Below are positions 50,762 through 62,774 of a stretch of 64,000 bases of DNA, in pieces. The position numbers and the translations under genes were made by a program. The notes below the pieces were generated by a model. It did not search any database. It was not told the DNA's origin and worked only from the letters and a program-made list of their open reading frames with translations. This stretch comes from Xylographa opegraphella (lineage: Eukaryota). How positions within the stretch are numbered: the first letter of the stretch is position 1; the number at the start of each line of letters is the position of its first letter. The stretch is taken from contig JALDZX010000006.1 of the NCBI GenBank assembly GCA_022813865.1, positions 248,001 to 312,000 on the forward strand. Reading direction: 5' to 3'.

Positions 50762-51485
50762 ATGGTACGACCCAAGATACTAGTACATGTGACCTGGAGT
50801 TTCCTCTTGCTAATCGTAATGTAGGCAGAATCTGGCAAAGACAAGTCTTCCAACCCCATGCGCGATCTTCGCATCGAGAAGCTCGTCCTCAATATCTCTG
50901 TGGGCGAATCAGGTGATCGACTTACTCGTGCTGCCAAAGTGCTTGAGCAGCTGAGTGGTCAAACTCCAGTCTATAGTAAGCCCTGTTGAATGGCTGAATT
51001 CCGGCGTCGAGCACCCAGCTAATCAATCCTGCTGAATAGGCAAAGCTCGGTACACCGTTCGAACATTTGGGATACGTCGTAACGAAAAGATTGCGGTTCA
51101 TGTTACAGTTCGGGGGCCAAAGGCGGAGGAAATTCTTGAGCGTGGATTGAAAGTCAAAGAATACGAATTGAAGAAGAAAAACTTCTCAGAAACGGGTAAT
51201 TTTGGCTTCGGTATCAGCGAACACATTGATCTGGGCATAAAATACGACCCTGCAATTGGTATTTATGGAATGGACTTCTATTGTTGCATGTAAGTTCATG
51301 CATGTGACGAAGGATCGTACAACACGAGAGCTGACTGGGCGACCAGGACTCGACCAGGCGAGCGCGTAGCAAAGAGGAGACGGTGCAAGACTAAGGTAGG
51401 GGCTTCGCACAGGATCAACCAACCAGAAACGATTAAATGGTTCAAGAATCGATTCGAGGGTATTGTTCGTGGGGATCGGTCATAA
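50762..51485 (+). CDS. RPL11: 60S ribosomal protein L11 (uL5), 3 introns
   Basis: ATG|intron 50765-50824; [65 protein letters not shown]; introns 50976-51039 and 51290-51346. Confidence 0.97.
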
Positions 51486-51925
51486 AGAGCATGGGGCAAA
51501 CATGATGGAGAAGTGTCTCGGCAGCATTTGCACAGACACAATAGTCACAGGGACTTGCATATGTGCAGCAACTTGAGATAAACGTCAAATATTTCACCAA
51601 ATGGAGGCTTCACTTTGGGTGATTTGCCGTACAACCATTGGAGATGACCTGATGTTTTACTCGAACGCTCGCCCAGAAGTACTGCAGCTTTACCCCACCG
51701 GTAAGTAAGTCAATCCTGGAAGCTCCGGCAGTGACCCATTTGCGCCTGACATCCATTTTGATCTGAAGGAAATGCAAATCATGGCTGAAGCTGGCAAGTT
51801 GAGGGCCAGCATTCGAGCACAGAGAAAGGATATACGACTCGGAGAGATTGTTTCATGAATGCTCGACCACGTAGAAGTGAACCTCCAACGCCACCTAATG
51901 CTATGTAATCATGACTTTTGATAGC

Positions 51926-52446
51926 TCATTTTCCTTTCTCAGCACCGTAATTGTTCTTGTTCCATGCCTTGTCGAAACCGCTAGGCTGTAAACGACTAGA
52001 TCAGCATTCATCAACAAATATGGAGCTGCACGCAGTCCATATAGGTTACCGGAATGCGCATCGTCAGTGTCGACTGCGGACGACAAAACTTACATCTGGT
52101 TTCTGTGAACTGATATTTTCGGCGAACGCGTTACTGCCAACCCCTTGGTGCTTCACTGTGTTGCCCTCCACATTGTCGGAGTTTCCCCTCGGAGTCGCAG
52201 CTCCGGGCAGATGGTCCTTGGAACCACCGCCCGAGCTGTACCGGTTCTCTATATTCTGCACTCCAGGGGTCTTGAGGATGCTGGACACGGGATTCAGACC
52301 TGTGTATTGGAGCCCGGCCAGGACTACACTCATGTGAGCGGCTGTTCCAGCACAGCGGCGCGGGTCTTACCAGCCACGCCGCCCAAGAAGTACACCTTGC
52401 GCCTATGCACCCGTACAGCTTTGCCGAGGTTCTCTGAGAAGGACAT
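51926..52446 (-). CDS. Small hypothetical protein with N-terminal hydrophobic segment, 2 introns
   Basis: MSFSENLGKAVRVHRRKVYFLGGVA|VLAGLQYTG..KTPGVQNIENRYSSGGGSKDHLPGAAT..QKPD|PSGFDKAWNKNNYGAEKGK*; canonical GTAAG donors keep the frame. Confidence 0.65.
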
Positions 52447-53925
52447 TGGAATGCGGGTTTTGAAAGGTGTGCGAGAGGTGCGTTGTTAAGTAAATGTCAC
52501 CGAAACATAAGGAGCTTTTGCACACCAGCAAATCTTTTGGTCGTGGCTAGATCCTCAAATGTACCTTTCCTCGACGTCATCATGCTGTTTCGAGTGCGAC
52601 CTGCTGAGTCAAACACGGCTACGCCCGGACGTAGATCCGTGCCTAGCCCCCACCATCTATCTGAAGATTTTCTTACTGAAAGTGCTATTCTCGTACGAAT
52701 ATTGTGCACGATACTCAAACGCAATTGGGAGGCTCAGCCAAATATACTTGTGTCTTGAGCAGTATCAATTGCAAACCGTATTAAGCAATGCTATGGCCAG
52801 GCTCAGATATACGCATTAAGTGCTGTACAAGATACCCTTACATTTCATACTTTCAACATTGTTTGCCAAATACTCTCAACGTATACCAGGCTCAAATTGC
52901 CCCTGAGCTACCTCTCCCAATATTTCTATTGGGACTCGCGAAATGGAGTCGCGCACACAACCGACCTCTTGTGTCTTGTCAAATAACGGGGTCGGTGTTC
53001 GGCAAGACGATTGGCCATGATTACTCTACCACAGTAGGGTAAAGGGTCAGCTACCTTATGCCTTATAAAATAGTTCTCGCTATTGCAGGCCCAGCAAGCC
53101 GCGATTGAGTGCCTGTAGTCGCTAAATCGACCTATTTTAGGGAGTTCGTTTGAAAGACCCTCCAGAGGATCTGGGGGGGTTCATGGGGTATCCGCCATGG
53201 AGAATGTCACAGTACAGCAAGATACATATCTGGCGAGATATTCCCCCACGAAGGACCATTTTTAAAATTCGGGAGTAATTTTGCAGTCGCCATGGATCCT
53301 ACATAGTGCGGCCGGAGATGTATTGTTCACAATGTGTAGAGTTACAGTTACATCACATCAAGCCTCGAGGAAGAAAAGGACGACATGTAGACTACGACTG
53401 CAAGTAAGAAATTAGCTCAGTCATCCCATGAGACATTTTGATACCATGTCTGACCACGTACTCGTTTTCAAGCTCGTGGACGACGCAGAACTCTTTGTGG
53501 CTTGCATCATGCTGCATGTGGAGGGTGAGTTCTCGATACGATATGGTGAAGTAGTATGGAATGGGCAGATCATGCAGCCATGAAACTGGCTTTGCAGATT
53601 GCCAAACAGCTGGCTTTCGATGACATTATGTATATCATAGCCTTTCGAGCGGAGCATAGCTAAACTTACACTCCAAACATGGCCTGAGTGATATGAGGAG
53701 ACAAGTGTAATCGAGACGTTGGAAACTTGTAGAAGATTTTCGTGGTTAATGCAGCAAGAACAACATTGATGGACGGAGTGTGACGAGGAGATTCTCTTGT
53801 ACGCATTCCAAAAATAGGGGTATATGCGGAAGACTGCAGAAGTCTTGCAGCAGGAACACCAATAACGTCACGCTGCTAGTATTTCTGGAAGTCGTGGGCA
53901 CTCAGTCATTGTGGTGGGAGCAAAT

Positions 53926-53970
53926 CCTCGAGAACAGAGGCCTCGAGAACAGAGGCCTCGAGAACAGAGC
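53926..53970. repeat. 15-bp tandem repeat (CCTCGAGAACAGAGG)x3
   Basis: Read directly; last unit has one mismatch. Confidence 0.9.
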
Positions 53971-54480
53971 CCGATATGTATCTGGGGCCAGGGTTGTGAC
54001 CCTAGGATCAAGAAAGATCTTCTTTGGAGCTGGAGATTGAAGCTAAAGGCTTTGAGCGTACCTGGTACTCCGTACCTTAGATTGTATGGAGTGCCCCCAG
54101 GTTTCAAACTGGGTGGGATGGAGGGTTGGTCGGATCGCATTGGGGCCGAATTGCCTATTTCGGTCAATCGGCGTCAGGCTAGTGAAGGCGGCCCAGACCC
54201 AGTGTCATTCGCTTCGAGGAATCAGCAACTCCTTTCTTTCCTACCTTACACAAGCATTTTGCCGCCATTTTGTTGTCGCTATGTTATTACTGACCAATAT
54301 CAAATCATAGTCGAGTGGACAGACCTCGCAGAAAGCTCTTCTTGCAAGTGTTCTGCATTCATTCATCAGGATCTCCTCAGCCATTGGACCTTCTTCATTC
54401 TCCTTGTCCGGGATCTTTACATGCATTATCACCGTCAGCGCACAACGTCAAGAGGCCTTTGATCGATCGTCTCTACAACA

Positions 54481-56625
54481 ATGACCACAGCTTTGAGCAA
54501 GCGTCATCAGGCGCGCAACGAAAGGGCCCTACAAGAATTGATCAAGACGGTACCAGGTAATGATCGATGCGCAGACTGCAGTGCAAGGAACCCAGGTATG
54601 TGGTACTCACCCTGTTGCCTGTGGTTCTACTAATTGCCAAGTAGGATGGGCAAGCTGGAGTGTCAGTCCGTCCAATACCGGACCAATTGTTGGAGCTGAC
54701 GACTTTGTAGCTTGGTATTTTCCTTTGTATGCGATGCGCCGCTCTCCATCGAAAGCTGGGAACACATATATCGAAAGTCAAATCATTAAGTATGGACAGC
54801 TGGTCAAACGACCAGGTTGATGTAATGCTCAAGCGCTTCATTTCAGGCTCCGTTGCTGACGCCTTTACAGAGCATGAAATCTAGAGGAAATACGACTTCG
54901 AATCACATCTACAATCCTAAGAATACCCAACCTCCAGTTCCGCTTGATGTCGACGAGGTTGATTCAGCAATGGAAAGGTTTATACGGCAGAAATATGATC
55001 AACAGCTTTTCTCCGGCGGAAACCATTCACGTACGCCTGCACCTCGTGCGCCGGTACAGCATTATACCGGCAGTTCTGATGAGCAACCGCCCCCTCCACC
55101 CCCAAAGACAGGAAAACGTTTCGGTTTCAGCCTGCGATCAGCGTCCTCTGTACTTCCGATCTCTAGAAGTTCCCAAGATTCTTCGCCAGTAAGTCCTGAC
55201 TTTCCGAGAAAAGTCTCGCGTGCTCCATCCCCCATCCGCATAAATAAGCAATCCCGAATCTTTGGTGCAAGCCTCGGCGTGACAGAAGAAGGTATAGAAT
55301 GGAAGCTTGTGACTCTCAAAGAGATGGGATTTCCTGACGACAAACGGAACTCCAATATTCTCAAGGGCCTCAACGGCGATCTTGAACGCGCCATTGAGTC
55401 GCTTGTGAGACTTGGGGAGGGTACTACGCCTGCTTCGAGGACAAGAACTCCCACCTCGGCCAAATTTCCAGATGTTGTTCGACCTGCAACGAAAACCATG
55501 AGTACCCCAGCACAAATTTCAACTTCAGCTTCTGCTCCGGCCCCAGAGCCGCAAGGCCAAGTTTTATCTCAGACCCAATTCCAACCACAAGCCTTCTCTT
55601 CATCTACCAACAACCCCTCTGCCTATTCAAATAAATCCTACAATCCATTTGAGACTGCCAACGTTTCTCAACAGGCTGCCCCGATGTCTGCGCCATTCCA
55701 ACAGTCTGCATTTGAGAATGCTTTCCAAAATATGCAAGTATCACAGCCATTGTTTCCAAATAGCACTGGAGGCTATCCCAATCATCAGCAGCATTTGGAG
55801 CAAGCTAGAATGCAGCAATCGATGACCCCTCCTGTACCTATAATGCCACGTCACTTTTCTCAGAATAATCCATACACACAGCAACCTTCGGCCAATTTCA
55901 ATCCATTCCTGAACATGGCTCAGCAACCCCTACAACAAACCACATCAAACCCGTACATGTCCAACCAGCAATCATTTATACCTCAAAACGCTTATGAACA
56001 TCAAGCAAGTCTAAACAGTGTGCTTTCACAGCCACCCGCAAATCAGTATGAGCAGTCACAGCCACCGCAGCAATGGGAGCAGTTATTTCAGCAGCCTCAG
56101 GATTCTTCTCAGCAGACGCATATCCCTCAGTATTTTGGACAAACCGTACAGCCGTCGATGCAATCGCCATCGTATCCACCGCAAATGACACACCAAAATC
56201 AATTTCAAGCAATACCTCAGCCATTGATGCCACAACAAACTGGGCGGTACGACAAGTCCAGTATCATGGCTTTGTACAATTATCCCCAACTAGCACCCCC
56301 ACCCCTCACGCAAGATACCAATGGCTTCAATGCGCCCACTTCAGTATCTTCGCCTCAGCCTCCTGCCGCCAAGCTACCTCCTGGGGTACAGGGACTCGGT
56401 CAGCGTAGCGTGACCATGCCGGCGACTTTCTCATCTGGAAGCAAGAACCCCTTTTTACATTCTGACAATGCTACGAGCTCGGTTGGAGCCTCTCAAGTAA
56501 ATGGTACAAGCCAGTATACCAACCCGCAATATACCATTCAGCCGAGCGCAGAGGCAGGGTTTGGGCAAAATGGTCGGCACAGTCCTGATGCTTTCGCCAG
56601 TCTGAGTGCAAGATTTGTACGATAA
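54481..56625 (+). CDS. ArfGAP + UBA domain protein (Gts1-like), 3 introns
   Basis: CADCSARNP|GWASWS|LGIFLCMRCAALHRKLGTHISKVKSLSMD zinc finger; UBA LKEMGF..NGDLERAIESL; NPF motifs; DKSSIMALY. Confidence 0.9.
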
Positions 56626-56932
56626 TTCATGATGTCGTGTTTATAGAATTTCTTGAATACAAGTTGATGATGCGGTCGAATCATGTTTGCATGCTCCTAG
56701 TGAGACTTGGATTCGTTATGACTACGTCCATTCATTGCCTCCTCCGATGAGGCGTATGGTCATTTGCATTCTATTCAAATAGGTGATTAATCTTCTGCAA
56801 TTTATTCTGATTTTCCACCGCAAATCTATCCGTCCCGGACGCCCTCTATCAATTTCCTTTCTGATACCTATACCGAGCTTTCTCGGCTTCATCGCCCTGC
56901 AAAACTCACCTTTTATCACCGCTCTCTCGAAG

Positions 56933-57580
56933 ATGCCGCACTTTCCCTACTCGCAGGTGCGCCATCGCTCTCCCGTCTGCAACTAACATCACTTACCTTG
57001 AATCATTTATACTCCAGCGCTGAAAGAATTTTCCAGTGCTTGCTGTTCCCTACATCGCTCTCGTAAAGCATATTTCCTAACGAGGGATTCGATTCTTTGG
57101 AAAGAGCGTCCGAAACTTCTATACACCTGCTGAGCCTGTACAGGTTGTTGACATATGCATGAAATCTTCGTTTTTGCATTATTTGAATTCTATATCTCTA
57201 CTGTGTCTGCAAGAGCCAACCATTCTGTATACTTGATTAATCAGTCCATCGCTTTCTTGTCTTTGTTATGCCTGCCGTCGCTAGTGACATACTCACTGGT
57301 CAGCCGACGACTGACAACTGTCTGACTTCTGTTGGAAGGACTCGATTGGCAAACTTGTTGAGGGCGACAAGGATGATCAGCTCTTCGCCAACGTAAGTGG
57401 CTACAACGTCTATATTCCCAAGTTTGCTAACGTATGATCCAGGAACCATCATTCTCAAAACCGAGAAGTGATTTCACAAACCTTCGATCCATTCCCCACA
57501 ATTGCCGATATCCAATCAAGCTTATCCTCCGCCTCCCTCTCCATATCTGGAGCGTTTTCGCTGGTAGAGCACCGATGTAA
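56933..57580 (+). CDS. Predicted spliced micropeptide gene of unknown function (MPHFPYSQ|DSIGKLVEGDKDDQLFAN|...)
   Basis: aagATG after a pyrimidine-rich leader; exon 56933-56956, CAG|GTGCGC donor; CTGAC..AAG acceptor at 57338; exon 57339-57392; canonical intron 57393-57442 (GTAAGT..GCTAAC..CAG). Confidence 0.55.
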
Positions 57581-58404
57581 GGGTGCAGCAAGCTACAACG
57601 CGCAAAGACCGAAGCACATCGCGGATCCTTTGTTATATTCCTTCCGATAGACAGAGGTTACACTAGCAATCGGCGGCTTCGGGTTTCGGTGCAACGTGCA
57701 AAACCGCTTCCGAGTTGTCGACCTGCTTCCGCTCCACACGAGAGGACACGAACGGTATCGTCATTGCACGTTGCCAGCGCTATTGGGACGATAGGAGCTG
57801 CCGACGGCGAGAGGTGTAGTCGGTTTGGGGGTCTTCTTGGACTATAGCCCAGTCGACAAGGTCGCTGGTCTGGTAAGGTGCTCAAGCGTTTTCCGAATAC
57901 TCCGGTACGTTACTGAGAAGGCTGGACGGCCATATATAAGTATCTCTTCAGCGAGTTGTTACTACGGCATGGGATGATTGGTGGTCGGATTGTATACAGG
58001 AGTTGAATATGGCATGGAATTGAAATTGCTGGTGAATTGCGAATATAGATCACGCTCTTGGGCCTCTGTTCATGGTAGGACTGATATTTTAATTGTGTTA
58101 GACAAAACCGTACTTGATGGTGGAAGATGCATGAGAAAAATAAGCTATGGTCCTCGTGCGAGGTGCCTTTCAATGCAACGCTGCGATCGATGAATTATAT
58201 GCAGCGTAGTTGAAGTGCTCAGCGAATCGCCTCCACCAATAGAGTAGACGATCGAGTGCAACCGTACGTGTCTTTCTCCTCCAACTTGTACACTGGATCA
58301 CACACTTGCTCGGAGTGTACTACCCTGATTCGGAACCCAAGCAACAAAAGCAGGCTCCTAATAGTAAAACGCTCGCAGGACCAGCACAGCCTCCACCAAG
58401 GCTC

Positions 58405-59058
58405 TCACTTCACCGTCCCCTTCGCCTTCTTCGCAATCTGACTGAGCACATACTTCCGCCGCCTCTCCCCCCCATGGACCTTATGCCCCCTCCTCACCTC
58501 CCACATCCCCTCCCGCACCTTCAGCCGCGCCACACTGCCCCCACTCTCCTTCACCAACTCCACATAACTCCCCACAATCGTCCCCGCGCCCCTCACCCGA
58601 AAGCCCTGCACCGGCTTTCCCAGCGCCGGCTCCTCCACCCCCGGCGCCGTATTGACAACCACTCTCTTCACCGTCTCCCCCACCGGCACCTCCCGGACCC
58701 TCATCTCCGCCACGCCGTCCACCACGCTCTGCAAGTCGCCCCCGATGCCGTAGACGCCGCGCCGGAACTGGTCGCGCCACCAGAGGAGGTAGCGGCGCGA
58801 GCGGGCGGGCTCGACGCCGAGCTCGCGCAGCTGGGTGGAGGTCAGGCTGAAGAGCGAGTTCCACGTCGTGATCTTGGACGCGTGTTTGGAGAGCTGCCGC
58901 CCGATGAGGGTGAGGAAGGTGGTGGAGTCTGGGACGAAGGGCGTGGGTGACGGGATGGGTGGGAGGGGGAGCGATGAGTGGAGAGCTCGGGTGCACTGGC
59001 GTGGGTGTTGGAGGGAGGAGAGGAGGGTGCGTGGCAGCTGGCTTGATCGGGTGATCAT
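58405..59058 (-). CDS. FYV4: Mitochondrial small ribosomal subunit protein mS41 (IGR motif)
   Basis: PFVPDSTTFLTLIGRQL..WNSLFSLTSTQLRELGVEPARSRRYLLWWRDQFRRG; HKVHGGERR. Confidence 0.88.
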   Translation of the reverse strand: MITRSSQLPRTLLSSLQHPRQCTRALHSSLPLPPIPSPTPFVPDSTTFLTLIGRQLSKHASKITTWNSLFSLTSTQLRELGVEPARSRRYLLWWRDQFRRGVYGIGGDLQSVVDGVAEMRVREVPVGETVKRVVVNTAPGVEEPALGKPVQGFRVRGAGTIVGSYVELVKESGGSVARLKVREGMWEVRRGHKVHGGERRRKYVLSQIAKKAKGTVK

Positions 59059-59324
59059 GGTGGGCGTCTTTTCGATGAGCGGTTCGGAGAGAGAGGTGTA
59101 AAGCGTTCGAGGGGTTTGAGATGTTTGAGAGGTGTCGAAGTGCGCGAGGTGCTGAAAGGTTTGAGAGGCGTTCGAGCGATCGATCGCGGCTTATTGAAAC
59201 ATCGTGACTCTGATAGAAGTTTTGTGTTGAACTGCAGTGTCGGGATTATCAAGAGGTTACGCGCAGAAAATGATTTCTGAATGTTGCTATTAAGTATATA
59301 TTTAGTAAAAAAGCAATCGTTCTT

Positions 59325-59476
59325 TGCCTTCGGGCATTTGGTCACATTGAAACGATACAGAGAAGATTAGCATGGCCCCTGCACTAAGGATGACACGCTT
59401 TATCAAAGAGTCAGTGTTTCGATCCCCGCCCCAGAATTTAATTTCTAACATCCTCATTAGGACGCTACCAATTTTT
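59325..59476 (+). ncRNA. U6: U6 spliceosomal snRNA gene with one intron (59410-59460)
   Basis: 5' hairpin TGCC-TTCG-GGCA; GATACAGAGAAGATTAGCATGGCCCCTGCACTAAGGATGACAC core with ACAGAGA box and AGC triad; T5 terminator 59472-59476; TATA-like element ~59295; exact 5' end approximate. Confidence 0.96.
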
Positions 59477-60349
59477 CAATTTTTGCCTCCAATTCGCATT
59501 TGTACAAATCTGTTTTGACCACAGTTAATAACCTCTCGAGATAATTATTAAGATTTCGATTATATCGTTATGATAATTTACTCAAATTCGCTGTTTATTA
59601 AATCTGTCTTGAGTAATAATTAGCCCCCAGGGCAAGCTTGTCGCCCAAGCGATCCAGCTCATTAAATTTAGCGACTCTGCTACCTAAAATTTCGGATGTT
59701 ATGGGCGCCGCCCCCCCTAAAACGTTGCCCTTTGCTAGAGTTTTCTAGGGATCTTTTCCCCTGAAAGCATGACTCAATTCCCTCGCTCAGACCCACGCCG
59801 CCGTCCTGATTGATCCCGTATACGTCGGAAAGCTTTGACTTAAAGATTCCGAAAACCGACTCACGATCTTCGCAGGTAGGTCGAGGACCTCTTCATAACA
59901 GTTTAATGTGAAGCTCTTTATGGCACCTGATGAAGGCCTCCGGTGTTGCGAGAAGGCTCATTGGTACTTCCCATCTGCATGCTATCCAGAAATTGTACTA
60001 CGTGCTATTGAAGGCCTCCGTCAGGCGCTATTACAGGCCTACCTATCGTGCCTGCTATCAGTAGGGGCAGTATGTCGAGTGTGGGAAACTGGTCACGGAC
60101 TTGAAAGGACTCGAACTTTCGTTGGCTTTATACCGAAACTACTTGTGCGACGATCGCTACCGCCAGAGTAGCACAAATCTAATCCCATGACATGCTGCTC
60201 GTACCCTGATAACCCATGGATTCATCAATAACCGTCCCAATGCGCCGACCCATATTATCATCAGATCCATACCCAGCCCTTGCGATGTAAATGAATAATG
60301 CGCCACCTGTGCCACCGTACTCCGGACCCAGAGCTTCTTCTACGGTTGA

Positions 60350-61832
60350 CTAAACGTATTCTTGTCCAAAGTAACCTTCCTTCCTTGAACATGTAGCCGC
60401 GTCATTCGAGGCCTGTGGAAATGATCAGCAACATAATATAGCAAAGGGTCGTGTTGATCACAACATACTCTTTCGGACATCGAGGTGATATCGTGCTGTA
60501 CACTTATGGTCCGCCCATGCTTTCCTCCGACTCCGGCAAGTGGCATCGAATCTTCCTCCTCTATCATCCGTGACTGCATCATTTGTGATGCACGTGTCAT
60601 AGTCTTCCCCCGGCCGTTGATGAATGTGCGAACGCCAGTCATAGTTCCGCGAGGGATTTGAGGAAGATCGGCCATATCAGCATGGTTTCGCTCGCCCAAG
60701 TATTCGTCTGAGCTCCCGCCGGTTGACTTGGTCCGCCAGGTTCGAGGAGTAAAAGTGCGCCGGAGCAGTCTCTTGCTTTTGGTATACCACTGCCATCCTC
60801 CCCTAGGTGATTGCTGAAGTCTCTCGTTGTTGTGCACAAACAGCATACGGAAGGCGGTACACGCAGCCAGGATTAGTCCTACTTCTGCGCCAATGATAAT
60901 CCAGTACGTTTCCCAGACAGAGTCGACCTTGCCATCTAGGCGTAGGCCAGATACACGGACGACGGTGACAATAACCAAAATGATGGTAAGACAGAGAGAG
61001 CCCGCCAAGGCAAGCTTCTGCGACAACCTAATTCGAATTTTCCAGATGAGACGGCAGGGAATATAGAGGACTGTAGTGCAAAGTTAAAAATGTTCCCCTT
61101 TGTCTATAAGGACGACTTACTCAACAAATCGCCCACCATGTCCAGCACCATCTGCGAAATGGAGTAATTGACTGTCGTCATAACCCCAGAGCCTTGTGTA
61201 CATTGCACTGGAAATTATATTAGTGAGCGTTAGTACTAGGCAGAATATGGATGCATAATATGAACTTACGTGCTTCTACATTATAGAAATGGGGGCAGGC
61301 GACCAAATACACCGCAATACCATAAGCTGCAGCCAAGACGTTGAAGATTGTGACACACCACCAATACCTGATCAAGGCTGGAATGCGATCCACCAGCTTT
61401 CTGAATAGGAATAGAAAGCTGAACTTCACAGATACGATCGAACACCAGCATAGAATAAGGGTGACAGCGGCCATTTTTTGATAGTTAAAGGCTGCATCCA
61501 GGAAATCCGGGACAAGTTGTGCTGACTGTGGGCTGAATAGTAAAGCCTCGACCATATACATGTTATCCACGAAAGTGAAGAGAATGGCGATTCCGCATAT
61601 CAGGGTGCAAATGCCGAACAACAAGAAGCCGTCGTCGATTGAAACCTGCTTCTGAACGAAAACGCGAATGTAGAAGCGGGCGCATGAGCTGAGCAGGCAC
61701 AGTACAAATAGGACCAAAGCAGAAACCTTTTGAGAGTCATTTCAAGCTCATTCTTGTTGCTATATAGGTACATACCACAAATGGTGACTTGTGTATCCGC
61801 CCGGCATCATCGTTGGGGTTTGAGGATGACAT
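60350..61832 (-). CDS. PTH11-like (fungal rhodopsin-domain) integral membrane protein, multi-intron
   Basis: ARFYIR..SIDDGFLLFG, SVKFSFLFLFRKL, DMVGDLL|ILYIPC..WKIRIRLSQKL, EVGLILAAC; canonical introns. Confidence 0.8.
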
Positions 61833-62774
61833 AATAGAGAGCGAATGGGTATGGACGTCTGGCGAATTGCAAGACTCTTCCACACTGAAGCTTCTGCTGT
61901 GCGCAACGAAAGCAACGCAGAGAACGAAGGAATCGAGGAATGACAAATGAGCACAACGTGCCTAATAGTATTCAACCGCGTAGATGACGATGCCGCCCGG
62001 AGGAGGCAGAGCACCACACCTCTCACGAACTAATTGAAGCATTGTAACAGCGAGGCCTCGACGATCGAGGCCGCTAGAACTATGCTAAGTCTTACTGTGC
62101 GGTGTTTAGCGCTCTACTAAGACTATGTTGGTTTTGAAGAATGAGGATGATGGTGTGACGAAGATATCGTGAGAATGCCGAAGGAGGGTTGTGTCGACGT
62201 GTGAGAGGAGGAGATTCTGTGCCACGACGGTGCGTGAATCAGCTGCAAGGAATCGGCTAAAATCCATTGTTCGACCATGATATGCGCTAGGCTCCGAATG
62301 CTCTCTTGTGTCCGCCGCGCCGCATGGCATCCATGCCGGCTTTAACCTTAAAAGCTAATCCGCGGAGCGATGGGAGCCGAGCGTACTATACAGCTAGTCT
62401 AGTGCCCGGTACTGCGCTATATGTCCCGTTCCTTACCGTACCTTACTCAGCCACCTCGGACCTTGGCTTACCTTAGGGTGCTGTGTGGTGAGACCGATGG
62501 CATTATCAAGACATATCCAAGAATTCAGCTTCCAGAGGTCGATCGACGCCGCAGTCGTACAGTATCTTCACCAGCTGATCACATGCATGTTGAGCCCGTG
62601 GGTGTGGATCTCTGACACCGTCTTGATCAGCGCCATCCGAAGAATCCGATTCGACCACTAAATCTCTAAAATGTGGTAAATGCGTAGTCCCCTGATACTT
62701 CCCCAAAGAATCATATGGTATATCTGGGAGTACCTTCTCTCTCTCTCCATATCCTCATCTGTCATCCTGTTATC

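Noticed and set aside
56957..57338. TPP riboswitch or C/D snoRNA in the long intron
   Set aside because: I could not find the TPP aptamer core or a clear RTGATGA box C
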